Source: Methanopyrus kandleri AV19 (lineage in GTDB: Archaea > JAADCQ01 > Methanopyri > Methanopyrales > Methanopyraceae). From it: a stretch of DNA of 32,000 nt. Both the position numbers and the translations under genes were made by a program. Positions 1-8,286 of the stretch are shown here, piece by piece; the stretch's first letter is position 1; each line of letters opens with the position of its first letter. The notes under the pieces were generated by a model that saw nothing but the letters and a program-made list of their open reading frames with translations, had not been told where the DNA came from and ran no database searches. The stretch lies in contig NC_003551.1 of the NCBI RefSeq assembly GCF_000007185.1, positions 1,410,001-1,442,000 of the forward strand. The letters are read 5' to 3'.

Positions 1-831
1 CGCCACCGTCCGGTCGAGCAACTCCTAGAAGTACTCGAGGACGTCGAGAAGTCTCCCTACGACCGCGCGGCCATGATTTCCCCCTCCCCGACGCTACATC
101 CCGAGTTCGAGGAAATACTGGAAGAATGCCTCGAGCGACATCTCGAGGTCTCACTACCGTCCACCAGGATCAACGACCTGGATCCCGAGCTGCTACCCGA
201 ACTCAGGGAAGCGGGCGTCAGAACGCTCACGTTGGCCCCGGAGTCGGGGTCCGAGGACGTCCTCGAGTTCCTGAACAAACCCCTGCATCGGGATCACCTC
301 CTCGAACTCGTGGAGGACGCGGGAAGACTCGGTATGCGGGTGAAGCTGTACTTCATCGTGGGGATCCCGGGATTCCCCCCCGAGGAGGACACCGTGGCAT
401 CGGCGCGGCTGGCCCGCGAGTGCGCGGAACTCGCCGACGTCCGTGTCAGCGTCAACCCCCTGATCCCCAAGGCCTGCACACCGCTGCAGTACTCCGAGAT
501 GCTGTCCGCACGGGAGATCAACCGTCGATACCGGCTGTTCGAGCGGGAATTCAGGGGACGCGTATCGTTCGAAGACCCCGAGTTAGCCCGCGCCCAGTGT
601 CTGCTGTCCAGAGGGGACGTGGACGTCTCCCGGATCCTAGAGGAAGTACTGTGGAACGCTAGGAGTCCAGGGGCGTGGGCACGTGCGATGAGGTCTCATG
701 GTGTCTCGATATCGCCCGACCGACCACCCGACGGTCCCGAAGACGTCCCCTACGACTTCGTTCGAGCGGGACCGGACCACGAGGAGCTTTACCGGCTCTT
801 CACGTCACTTCAGTGCGCTCCCATGAAATGA
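1..831 (+). CDS. radical SAM domain protein, C-terminal part (5' end lies upstream of the window)
   Basis: Frame 1 is open from base 1 into the listed ORF 73..831. The sequence pattern fits a radical SAM TIM-barrel core and C-terminal region (GVRTLTLAPESGSEDVLEFLNKP, MRVKLYFIVGIPGFPPEE, VSVNPLIPKACTPLQ). The Cys-rich SAM cluster motif would lie upstream and is not visible. Confidence 0.6.
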   Translation, partial: RHRPVEQLLEVLEDVEKSPYDRAAMISPSPTLHPEFEEILEECLERHLEVSLPSTRINDLDPELLPELREAGVRTLTLAPESGSEDVLEFLNKPLHRDHLLELVEDAGRLGMRVKLYFIVGIPGFPPEEDTVASARLARECAELADVRVSVNPLIPKACTPLQYSEMLSAREINRRYRLFEREFRGRVSFEDPELARAQCLLSRGDVDVSRILEEVLWNARSPGAWARAMRSHGVSISPDRPPDGPEDVPYDFVRAGPDHEELYRLFTSLQCAPMK

Positions 832-1397
832 GTCACGAGACCCACCAACCCTCCGATGGCGGCGGTCTCGCACCCGCGCAGGATGAGGTCCTTCTTCCTC
901 TCCTTACAGAGTCGTCCCAGGTAGACCCCCAGCAGGAACAGGAAGATCCCGGAGACGCACGTGCAGGCGATCACGCTCCACTTCGGATCCTTGATGATCA
1001 GCACCGGGAGTATCGGCACCATGGAGGCCATGAAACTGGATCCTCCGTGGGAGACCACGCTCGTGTAGATCCGGATCCGAGCCAGATCGTGCACGCGGGT
1101 GTGTTCCAGACCACCCCGCTTCATTATCATTTGACGCTCTAGTTCCCGGATCTCGCGCAGTTCCTCGATCTTTTCACCCAGATAAGAGCCGAACCCGTTG
1201 GAGAGGGCGAGCGCCACCGCCACGCTGAGCCCGGCGCTCGCCGCGTCCTGCGCCGAACCGCCACGGGCCACCACGCTGAGCACGGCACCCATACTCGCCA
1301 GTACACCGTCCATGGATCCCAACGCCATGTAGCGCCCGGTCGCCAGAGCCTCCTTAAGCACCCTCCTCAGCAGCTCCTTCCGGTTCAACGGTGACAC
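810..1397 (-). CDS. VIT1/CCC1-family (DUF125) membrane iron/manganese transporter
   Basis: The 195-aa ORF has a GTG start. It shows an N-terminal cytosolic helix, a GSMDGVLASMG motif, an acidic EELREIRELE helix, and C-terminal TM helices ending in IGGLVGLV. The start lies 6 nt after the DUF211 stop, and the 3' end overlaps the convergent radical SAM gene by 22 bp. Confidence 0.7.
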   Translation of the reverse strand: MSPLNRKELLRRVLKEALATGRYMALGSMDGVLASMGAVLSVVARGGSAQDAASAGLSVAVALALSNGFGSYLGEKIEELREIRELERQMIMKRGGLEHTRVHDLARIRIYTSVVSHGGSSFMASMVPILPVLIIKDPKWSVIACTCVSGIFLFLLGVYLGRLCKERKKDLILRGCETAAIGGLVGLVTHFMGAH

Positions 1398-1403
1398 TAA
1401 CCC

Positions 1404-1694
1404 TTAGTCGTCTTGTGGTGTCTTTACCTCCTCGACGATCCGAGATCCGGCTACCACCTCGTCTATGCTGTGGATGGCGCCTCCCATGTCCTCGATCAGG
1501 TCCTTTATCCGCTCGAAGTCAAGATCCGGTCCCTCTACCGTGACCTTCACGTTCTCGACGTCGCGGTCCACCTCGACCAGGACTATGTTGACGCCGTCGA
1601 CTCCCTCCAGCTTCGCCAGCGAGCGCGCCAGCTCCGTGGTATCGGGTTCCATCGGCTTCATAACGTCCAGTACCAACCTCCGGATCTTAGCCAT
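1404..1694 (-). CDS. DUF211-family small protein
   Basis: Only the last 96 codons of the 302-aa ORF look coding (MAKIRRLVLDVMKPMEPDTTELARSLAKLEGVDGVNIVLVEVDRDVENVKVTVEGPDLDFERIKDLIEDMGGAIHSIDEVV). The ATG is at 1694. The upstream part of the ORF is antisense to cfbD and S/R-rich. Confidence 0.7.
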   Translation of the reverse strand: MAKIRRLVLDVMKPMEPDTTELARSLAKLEGVDGVNIVLVEVDRDVENVKVTVEGPDLDFERIKDLIEDMGGAIHSIDEVVAGSRIVEEVKTPQDD

Positions 1695-1725
1695 GGGAGA
1701 CCCCCTTCGGAGAGGGTGATGGAGT

Positions 1726-2775
1726 TTGAGCACGTGGCACCCACGACCTGGACCCATCCCGGCAGCCATGTACACGCTTCGGGATCTTCTCGCGGATGCC
1801 GTGGTGCTCCACGGACCTAAAGGATGTTGCTTCCGGACCGCACGCCTGCTCGAGAAGGACGGCGTCCGGGTGTTCGTGACCGGGATGGAGGAGGATGACT
1901 TCGTGTTCGGGGCCCTGGAAAAGCTCGTCGAACTCCTCGAGTACGTGGAGGAGCGCCTCGAACCGGAGCTGATCGGGGTCGTCGGAACGTGCGTCTCGTC
2001 CATCATTGGGGAAGACCTCGAGGCCGCCGTCGAGGAGGCAGACGTCGACGCGACCGTCGTCACCGTCGAGGTGCACAACGGAATGGGACCTAACACCGAG
2101 GGGGTCATCAGGACCTTAGAGCGGGCCGCGGAGGCCGGGGTGATCCCAGAAGGGGAGGTGGAACGCCAGAAGAGACTGATGAGGGCAGCGGCCGAGCTCG
2201 AGCGTAGGCGCGGGATGGCCAGTCGGGAGTACCTCGAACCGTGGTCCGGGCACGATCCGTCCGAGGTCGCTCGGGTACTGCTATCCTCCGAGGACGTGCT
2301 CGCCATCCTCAATGCGAAGAAGGAGACCGCCTACCTCTTCGCGGACCCCGTCCTCGAAGTCGGTAAGCGTGGGGCTTGGGTCCTAGCCAACCTATCCCCG
2401 GAGAGCGGTCTCCCCAAGGTACGGCGGGATGCGGAGGTTATCGGATCAATTTTTCGGGAGGAAGGGATCGAGTTCGAAGTCACCGGTTCCCTGGACGAGT
2501 ACGCGGTCACCGGCGAGCTCCTGGCCGAGAAGATCGAGGAGTTCGATCCCGACTCCGTGCTGATCACCGGGATACCCCATGCCGTCGCGCCGGAAGAGCT
2601 CGACGTCGACGCCACGTTCGTCGCCGTCACCGACGGGCTCCGCGAGGCCTCCGCCCTGCGGGAGCTGGGGTACGATTACGTCGTCGTCGAGGAGGAAGCC
2701 CACGCCCGGGTGCTAGGGCGGCGCGAGATCGTGCCGTCCGACCTCGGGGAGGCCATACGTCAGCTCAGCGCGTAG
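1726..2775 (+). CDS. cfbD: nitrogenase-like NflD/CfbD, Ni-sirohydrochlorin a,c-diamide reductive cyclase subunit (coenzyme F430 biosynthesis)
   Basis: 349 aa with a TTG start at 1726. Family-typical motifs are present: HPRPGPIPAAMYTLRDL, VLHGPKGCCFRTARLLEKDG, VVGTCVSSIIGED, NAKKETAYLFAD, GLPKVRRDA, ITGIPHAV. An alternative ATG at 1768 would remove the conserved HPRP segment. Confidence 0.75.
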   Translation: MSTWHPRPGPIPAAMYTLRDLLADAVVLHGPKGCCFRTARLLEKDGVRVFVTGMEEDDFVFGALEKLVELLEYVEERLEPELIGVVGTCVSSIIGEDLEAAVEEADVDATVVTVEVHNGMGPNTEGVIRTLERAAEAGVIPEGEVERQKRLMRAAAELERRRGMASREYLEPWSGHDPSEVARVLLSSEDVLAILNAKKETAYLFADPVLEVGKRGAWVLANLSPESGLPKVRRDAEVIGSIFREEGIEFEVTGSLDEYAVTGELLAEKIEEFDPDSVLITGIPHAVAPEELDVDATFVAVTDGLREASALRELGYDYVVVEEEAHARVLGRREIVPSDLGEAIRQLSA

Positions 2776-3681
2776 TGCGACAGGACCCCCAACATCAGGC
2801 ATGAGCCCTGCAGCACGGCATAGTCGCGGAGAACACCGCGGCTCCCCGCGGCCCTCAACGCTATCAGGTTGGCCACGGAGGCCACCGGCGTCCCGTAGCC
2901 GCCGACCGTTACACCGTGGAGCAGATCCCTCCAGTCGTCCGTCATGGGCACCACTAACACGGTAGTCGGCACGTTGCTCACGACCTGGGACAGCAACACG
3001 GACCACACGAACGGGTCGTCCACCCGCGGGTTCCAACCCAACGACCCGATCACGCTCGGAACCAATACTCCGACCGTCAGCAGGCCGATCACGACCCAGT
3101 CCACTTCTCGGACGGCGTGCGGGCGGAGAACGGCGTAGTAGCCGAAGACCGCGGGGAACCAGAAGTACACCGGGACGTGAGCCAGCAGACAACCGGCCGC
3201 CGCGATCACCACCGCCACGTCCAGGACGTTCGGAGCCGACCCGGAGCCCGACTCGACCCGCTCACCGCGAACCCACGCGTATAGAAGACCGGGCGCCAGG
3301 AGCGCCGCGCATACCGGCAGCTGCGTGACGAAGAAGTCCACAGGATCCACGCGGTAGTGCGAGTAGATGATGGCATTCTGCGGGTTCCCGAGCGGCGTCA
3401 GGGCGCCGACCGAGTTGGCTGAAACCAAAGCCGGGAGGACCACGCGATGGGGTCGGCGGGGCGCCCGGAGCCAGCAGCGACAGGACGGTGATGAGGGCAG
3501 CATCGTTCGTGAGGAACATGGACAGCAGCCCGGTCACTAGCATCACACGTACGGTGCCCGCTCTCTTCCCGAGTACCGCCCTTCTAACCCGGTGAATCGC
3601 CCCGGTCCTGATCCAGTCCGCGGTGACCGCCGACTGAATCGTCACGAATCCGACGGCGTTCAAATCCACCCACACCGACAC
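2760..3681 (-). pseudogene. ArsB/NhaD-superfamily anion permease, split by a frameshift (or sequencing error)
   Basis: The N-terminal part is in ORF 3262..3681 (…LLSMFLTNDAALITVLSLLAPGAP). The continuation is in ORF 2760..3503, in another frame (…RVVLPALVSANSVGALTPLGNPQNAIIY… plus further TM helices). The frames switch within the C-run-rich stretch ~3440-3470. The start is GTG at 3681. Confidence 0.7.
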
Positions 3682-3694
3682 GTCCCCATTCCCC

Positions 3695-3710
3695 CGAAAA
3701 CTTTAAGTAA
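3695..3710. promoter_or_regulatory. BRE/TATA-like box (CGAAAACTTTAAGTAA) upstream of the tRNA; possibly bidirectional
   Basis: This is the only AT-rich patch in the 62-bp gap. It lies ~35 nt upstream of tRNA position 1 (3744) and ~20-30 nt upstream of the divergent permease GTG (3681). Confidence 0.55.
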
Positions 3711-3743
3711 TCGGGATTCAGGTGCGGCTGTGGACGCGGGGAC

Positions 3744-3873
3744 GCCCCGGCGGTGTAGCTCGGTCAAGGGCCCGCGGGTGACCGCGGGCCCGCCGATATC
3801 ATGCGGGACTTTCGAGGCCCGTCCGGGCCGGAGACATCCCGCGACCCGGGTTCAAATCCCGGCCGGGGCACCA
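3744..3873 (+). tRNA. tRNA-Glu: tRNA-Glu (anticodon UUC) with two intervening sequences and a genomically encoded CCA
   Basis: Hand-folded. The acceptor stem is GCCCCGG (3744-50) paired with CCGGGGC (3863-69), with C8 and G9. The D arm is GTGT/AGCTCGGTCAA//TCAT. The anticodon stem is CGGGA (3804-08) paired with TCCCG (3837-41), with loop CTTTCGA (anticodon TTC). The variable loop is the 4-nt CGAC. The T arm is CCGGG-TTCAAAT-CCCGG, followed by discriminator A and CCA. Extra sequence: 31 nt at 3768-3798 (containing a perfect 10-bp hairpin, GGGCCCGCGG-GTGA-CCGCGGGCCC) and 21 nt at 3816-3836 next to the anticodon. The spliced length is 78 nt including CCA. Confidence 0.85.
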
Positions 3874-3917
3874 AACCGACAATCGTTACGAGGAAACTAA
3901 CGATCGGGGAGCGCCCT

Positions 3918-4901
3918 TTGGAGAGATCGCTCCTCATCAAAACCATTCTCGGGGCCGTCGCAGGGGCGATAGCGCTTTACCTCACCTTGTTCCACCTCGC
4001 GGACGTGGACGAGGTCCTCAGAGCCCTCCAACGGGCCGACGTCGCTTGGATCCTGGCGGCGGGCGCGTGCGAGGTACTGTGGTTCGCGGCGTGCGTGGAA
4101 GGATGGAAGAAAACCTTCGAGCCGTTGGGCGGCCGTCCATCCCGAAGACAGCTCTTCCTGATGTACTGCGTCAAACTGATGGTCAACAACCTGATTTCCC
4201 TCGCCAGAGTACTCGGCGACGCCATCCGGGTGTACTACGGAATCCGACTCGGATGGTCGGCGGCTACCGTCATCCCCACCATCGTAGCCGACATCGTACT
4301 GGGCAACGCGGGTTATCTGGCGGTGATCCTGCTCGGATGCGCCATCGTGTGGTGCTGCACCGAAGTCTCCCCCTACCTGATTGCGGCGAACGGTGTCGGC
4401 GCCGTGGCCGTGGCGGGGCTCTGGGCGCTGTTCGCGTCCGAACGCACGTGTCACGAGGCCTACGAGAGCGTACGCGACCTCGTCGAAGCGCTCGTACGCC
4501 GCGTAGGGTACTCCGTCGGAACGGTCGATGAGCTCGTGGATTCCACGGTGCAGCTGTTTCGGTCCAAGGAAGCGCGATTGGCTTTACTCCAGTACACCGT
4601 GGGATGGGCCGCCAGGGTGCTCCGGTTGTACTGCGTCACCTGGGCGGTCTGGCCCACGGCGTCCCCGTTGATCCCGTTGGTTATGTCCGTCGCGATCCGA
4701 GGGTCCGCCGTCGTTTCGGTTTCGCCGGGAGGGCTCGGTATCGTGGAAGGACTGACCACCGGAGTCCTAACCGTGTTGGAGGCGGATCCGAGCCGGGTGA
4801 TGGCGGCCCTGCTCCTGGACCGTCTCTACTCGTTCGTGATCCCCGTGGCCTTGGGGGCCGTCAGCGTGCCCGTGCTGGAAAGGTACGTCGGTCGGGGGTA
4901 A
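3918..4901 (+). CDS. flippase-like / lysyl-phosphatidylglycerol-synthase-TM-type (UPF0104) integral membrane protein
   Basis: The listed ORF 3801..4901 overlaps the tRNA at its 5' end, so the first plausible start after the tRNA is TTG at 3918 ([16 protein letters not shown]…). It has multiple TM helices and the family-like pattern [26 protein letters not shown] … [11 protein letters not shown]. Confidence 0.55.
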   Translation: MERSLLIKTILGAVAGAIALYLTLFHLADVDEVLRALQRADVAWILAAGACEVLWFAACVEGWKKTFEPLGGRPSRRQLFLMYCVKLMVNNLISLARVLGDAIRVYYGIRLGWSAATVIPTIVADIVLGNAGYLAVILLGCAIVWCCTEVSPYLIAANGVGAVAVAGLWALFASERTCHEAYESVRDLVEALVRRVGYSVGTVDELVDSTVQLFRSKEARLALLQYTVGWAARVLRLYCVTWAVWPTASPLIPLVMSVAIRGSAVVSVSPGGLGIVEGLTTGVLTVLEADPSRVMAALLLDRLYSFVIPVALGAVSVPVLERYVGRG

Positions 4902-4930
4902 TATGGGTGGAACTCTACCACGAGGTGATC

Positions 4931-5602
4931 ATGCTCAAGGACATCGCGGCGTTGGCCGACGTGCACGTGGGCGTGGAGATCGAGCTCCGCAGGCGTGGAA
5001 TACGGGCTGTGGACCGTACCGAGGACCGCGTGGAGAAGCTCCGGAGATGCCTCGAGGCGTTGGACCCCTCGATCCTGGTGATCGTGGGCGACCTCAAGCA
5101 CAACGTACCGTTCGCCAGTCGTATCGAGTTCCGGGGCGTCCCGAAACTCGTGGACGCCGCGCTCGAGATCGTGGACGAGGTGATCGTGGTCAAGGGGAAC
5201 CACGACGGCCTGGTGGAGGAGCTCCTCCGGAATCAGCGCGGAGTTCGGGTCGTGGGCACCAGAGGGATCCTGATCGACGGGTTCTACTTCCTCCACGGAC
5301 ACGCGGAACCCGATCCAGAGTTGCTCTCCCGGTCCGACCTCCTGGTGTTCGGTCACGAGCACCCGATCTCGGACGCCGTTCCGGGGGTTTCGGTGAAGGT
5401 ACTCGTCGAGCTGGAGCTCGACTTCGAGGAGCTCACCCGGGGCGAGGTCTCGGGACGGGGCCCGGGGTTCGTACTGCCGGCGTTCGACGACCTGGTGGGC
5501 GGCACCGAGGTGACCTCGGACGACCGGTTACTCCTCGCCCACCGGCGCGGTGCCGTGATCGACGAATCGTACCTCCCCATTCCGGAGGCGGAACCGTTCT
5601 GA
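4931..5602 (+). CDS. calcineurin-like metallophosphoesterase (SbcD/Mre11-related putative phosphoesterase family)
   Basis: Metallophosphoesterase motifs appear in the correct order: DVHVG, GDLKHN, GNHD, HGH, GHEH. The start is ATG at 4931, with an alternative GTG at 4907 lying 5 nt after the upstream stop. Confidence 0.7.
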   Translation: MLKDIAALADVHVGVEIELRRRGIRAVDRTEDRVEKLRRCLEALDPSILVIVGDLKHNVPFASRIEFRGVPKLVDAALEIVDEVIVVKGNHDGLVEELLRNQRGVRVVGTRGILIDGFYFLHGHAEPDPELLSRSDLLVFGHEHPISDAVPGVSVKVLVELELDFEELTRGEVSGRGPGFVLPAFDDLVGGTEVTSDDRLLLAHRRGAVIDESYLPIPEAEPF

Positions 5603-5689
5603 GGGCTCGCCCCCGGAAGTTCTCCTCATCGGCGCGGCCCTCGGGAGAGGGCGCGGATGGTCACGGCCCGGCCGGTCCGGCTGCGGTCC

Positions 5690-5696
5690 TTTTTTT
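5690..5696 (+). terminator. oligo-T tract (T7): archaeal-type terminator for the phosphoesterase transcript and/or T-rich TATA-like box for asd
   Basis: TTTTTTT lies 88 nt after the stop at 5602 and 38 nt upstream of the asd TTG start. A GC hairpin (CGCGGCCCTC-GGGA-GAGGGCGCG, ~5631-5656) precedes it. Confidence 0.45.
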
Positions 5697-5733
5697 AACG
5701 GTGTCCCCTGTCCGCGATGGGGGGTCGCGAAGG

Positions 5734-6798
5734 TTGGCGAAGGTTCGGGTCGGAGTCCTGGGCGCCACGGGTATCGTAGGTCAGCGGTTCATCAGCCTGC
5801 TGGCCGACCATCCGTGGTTCGAGCTCGAGGCCGTGACGGCGTCGCCGCGCTCTGCCGGGAAGACCTACGCCGAGGCCGCTAAGTGGTACCTCGAGGAGCC
5901 GATGCCGGAGGACGTGGCGGAGCTTACCGTTCTGGAGACCGACCCGAAGGAGGTGGAGCGCGAGGCGGACGTGGACCTGGTGTTCTCCGCGCTACCGTCG
6001 GACGTGGCGCGCGACGTCGAGCCGGCGTTCGCGGAGGCTGGCTTCGCCGTCGCCAGTAACGCCAGCGCGTACCGCATGGAGGAGGACGTCCCCCTGGTGG
6101 TGCCCGAGGTCAACCCGGACCATCTGGGACTGATCGACGTGCAGCGGGACGAGCGGGACTGGGACGGTTTCATCGTGACTAATCCCAACTGCTCGACGAT
6201 CCAGATGGTCCTGACCCTCAAGCCGCTGATGGACGAGTACGGGATCGAGAGCGTAGTAGTCTCAACGATGCAGGCGGTCTCCGGCGCCGGTTACGCGGGC
6301 GTACCCTCGATGGCTATCATCGACAACGTGATTCCCTACATCGAGGGCGAGGAGGAGAAGATGGAGACCGAGACCCTGAAGATCCTGGGCGAGCTGGACG
6401 GCGACCGTGTCGAGTTCGCGGACGTCAAGGTCTCTGCATCGTGTCACCGAGTGCCCGTGCTGGACGGTCACACCGAGGCGATCTTCGTGGCGACCGAGAA
6501 GGAGGCTGACCCGGAGGAGGCGGCGGAGGTTCTGGCCGGGTTCCGGGGAGTCCCGCAGGAGAAGGGTCTACCGAGTGCACCGGAGCGTCCCGTCGTGGTC
6601 AGGGAGGAAGAGGACAGACCGCAGCCGAGGTTCGACCGCGACGTCGACGGCGGCATGGCCGTGGTCGTCGGCAGGATCCGTAAGGACCCGGTGTTCGGCG
6701 GTCTGAAGTACGTGTGCGTCGGTCACAACGCGGTGAGGGGTGCTGCGGGCGCTTCCGTGCTGAACGCCGAGCTCCTCGTTGAGGAAGGCTACCTGTAA
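5734..6798 (+). CDS. asd: aspartate-semialdehyde dehydrogenase
   Basis: The C-terminal 354 codons of the 631-aa ORF are clearly Asd: [14 protein letters not shown], the active-site motif [18 protein letters not shown], and [11 protein letters not shown]. The likely start is TTG at 5734 ([13 protein letters not shown]), preceded by a G-rich SD-like sequence. The upstream 277 codons are R/G/P-rich and non-coding in character. Confidence 0.9.
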   Translation: MAKVRVGVLGATGIVGQRFISLLADHPWFELEAVTASPRSAGKTYAEAAKWYLEEPMPEDVAELTVLETDPKEVEREADVDLVFSALPSDVARDVEPAFAEAGFAVASNASAYRMEEDVPLVVPEVNPDHLGLIDVQRDERDWDGFIVTNPNCSTIQMVLTLKPLMDEYGIESVVVSTMQAVSGAGYAGVPSMAIIDNVIPYIEGEEEKMETETLKILGELDGDRVEFADVKVSASCHRVPVLDGHTEAIFVATEKEADPEEAAEVLAGFRGVPQEKGLPSAPERPVVVREEEDRPQPRFDRDVDGGMAVVVGRIRKDPVFGGLKYVCVGHNAVRGAAGASVLNAELLVEEGYL

Positions 6799-7262
6799 CC
6801 GGCTAGCAGCTCCGCCTTCTCCACGGCCTCCTCGGGTGATTCCGCCCCCTCGATCTCACCGCGCCTCGCCAGCTCCTCGGCCCATCCTCCCGATGACGTC
6901 AGGCCCACGACGGGCTTCCCCATCTTTTTGGCCAGGGAGATCTCGGAGAGCGTTCCCCAGCCGCCCGCGACGGCGATCACGGCATCTCCCGCCCTGACCA
7001 CCAGGGCATTCCGTGCCTCCCCCAGACCCGTCGGGATGACCACGTCGACGTAGGGGTTAGCCTCGTCCCGCCTCTCACCAGGTAAGATACCTACGGTGAT
7101 GCCACCCTCCTCGCGCGCTCCTCGGCATGCCGCCTCCATCACACCTCCTCTTCCACCGCAGACCAGGACGTGGCCCCGCCGGGCGATCTCACGGCCCAGT
7201 TCCTCAGCGAGATTCAGGACGTCCTCTGAGGCCCTTCCGCTCCCGATCACCGAGATCTGCAA
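6789..7262 (-). CDS. LOG/TIGR00725-family Rossmann-fold nucleotide-binding protein (COG1611-like)
   Basis: Family motifs are present: [16 protein letters not shown] and [12 protein letters not shown] (PGGxGTxxE-like). The probable start is TTG at 7262 (MQISVIGSG), preceded by GGGGGA. The ORF is open up to ATG 7364, but that extension is low-complexity. The 3' end overlaps asd by 10 bp in convergent orientation. Confidence 0.7.
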   Translation of the reverse strand: MQISVIGSGRASEDVLNLAEELGREIARRGHVLVCGGRGGVMEAACRGAREEGGITVGILPGERRDEANPYVDVVIPTGLGEARNALVVRAGDAVIAVAGGWGTLSEISLAKKMGKPVVGLTSSGGWAEELARRGEIEGAESPEEAVEKAELLAGYR

Positions 7263-7542
7263 CGGGGTCGTTCCCCCGCAAAGGAGTTTTTGCGAGGGTG
7301 ACGACCTCAGCTGGCGTAACGGTCCACATCGGAGGCTGCCTCCGGCCAACCGGGTGCTCGTCATCGGTCACGGAGTTCCGGGATCGGTCCCGGGACCCCA
7401 AGTCATCCATACGGTCCTCTATCATCCGTTTCCTCATCTCCCTGGCTCGGTCGGGGCGCAGCCACCCCATCCGGACGTCGGACCAAGCCGATGTCGTCAT
7501 CGCCGGGGGTGTTCCGAGCTGCTGGACGAGATCCTGGAGCGC

Positions 7543-8286
7543 GTGAGGGAAAGGGTTGAGGAGATTCGCGACCGCACGTTCACGCCGAGAGCGGGAGGAA
7601 GATCGCTACGGAAGGCACTTTCGGGCCCCGGCGTGTCGGTGATCGCCGAGGTGAAACCCACCTCCCCCTCCCAGGGCAGACTACGCGACGTGGACGCGGA
7701 AGACGTCGCCGAGCGGGCCCGTGCGTACGAGCGAGGTGGTGCGGCGGGTATCTCCGTGTTGACCGAGCCCGAGTTCTTCGACGGTCGGCCTGAGTACGTC
7801 GAGGTCGTCCGGGAGGCCGTGGACGTTCCGGTACTCCGCAAGGACTTCATAATCGACCCGGTGCAGGTGGAGGAGAGCGCGCACTACGGGGCCGACGCCG
7901 TACTGATCATTGCCGCGGCCGTAGGTAGAGAGGCTCCCGAACTAATCGATCTGGCACACGAACACGGTATGGAGGTTCTACTGGAGATCGACCGATGGGA
8001 GCACCTCGAACTGCTGAGCGAGTGCGATCCCGACGTCGTAGGGGTGAACAACCGGGACCTCCGCACGCTCGAGGTGGACCTGAACCGGACGCTCGAGCTG
8101 GGTCCCGAGGTTAAAGACCTCACGAACGCCCCCCTGGTCGCCGAATCCGGTGTTTCCGGACCCGAGGACGTCGTCCTGTTGGGTGAGGTGGCCGACGCGG
8201 TGCTGGTCGGTACGTACCTGATGCGTGCCCCCGACCCGAGCGAAGCGGTAAGGAAGCTCGTGGAAGCGGGGCGGTCGACGGAGTGA
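7543..8286 (+). CDS. trpC: indole-3-glycerol-phosphate synthase
   Basis: TrpC motifs are present: VIAEVKPTSPSQG, GISVLTEPEFFDG, PVLRKDFIIDPVQV, GADAVLII, LLEIDRWEHLE, VGVNNRDLRTLEVD, VAESGV. The start is uncertain. GTG 7543 is the first canonical start near the domain, yet TrpC-like N-terminal helix sequence (LLDEILER) is encoded in frame just upstream (~7519) without an ATG, GTG or TTG. Confidence 0.85.
   Translation: MRERVEEIRDRTFTPRAGGRSLRKALSGPGVSVIAEVKPTSPSQGRLRDVDAEDVAERARAYERGGAAGISVLTEPEFFDGRPEYVEVVREAVDVPVLRKDFIIDPVQVEESAHYGADAVLIIAAAVGREAPELIDLAHEHGMEVLLEIDRWEHLELLSECDPDVVGVNNRDLRTLEVDLNRTLELGPEVKDLTNAPLVAESGVSGPEDVVLLGEVADAVLVGTYLMRAPDPSEAVRKLVEAGRSTE

Noticed and set aside
1695-2312. 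Upstream extension of the 302-aa minus ORF containing DUF211
   Set aside because: It is antisense to cfbD and S/T/R-rich. The DUF211 domain starts at the internal ATG at 1694.
3650-3672. T-loop-like GGCGTTCAAATCCACC, considered as a second tRNA
   Set aside because: There is no complementary T stem, acceptor stem or anticodon arm. It lies inside the permease N-terminal coding sequence.
4903-5733. N-terminal 277 codons of the 631-aa ORF that ends as asd
   Set aside because: The stretch is R/G/P-rich and overlaps the well-supported phosphoesterase gene in another frame. Asd homology begins only at ~5734, where a TTG start and an SD-like sequence exist.
7204-7500. 98-aa minus-strand ORF (MTTSAWSDVRMGWLRPDRAREMRKRMIEDRMDD…) in the LOG/trpC spacer
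   Set aside because: It is the only ORF filling the 280-bp gap and begins with ATG. However, it runs 59 nt into the LOG-family gene in another frame and has no recognisable domain. I leave it unannotated; it is worth a look only if ribosome profiling exists.
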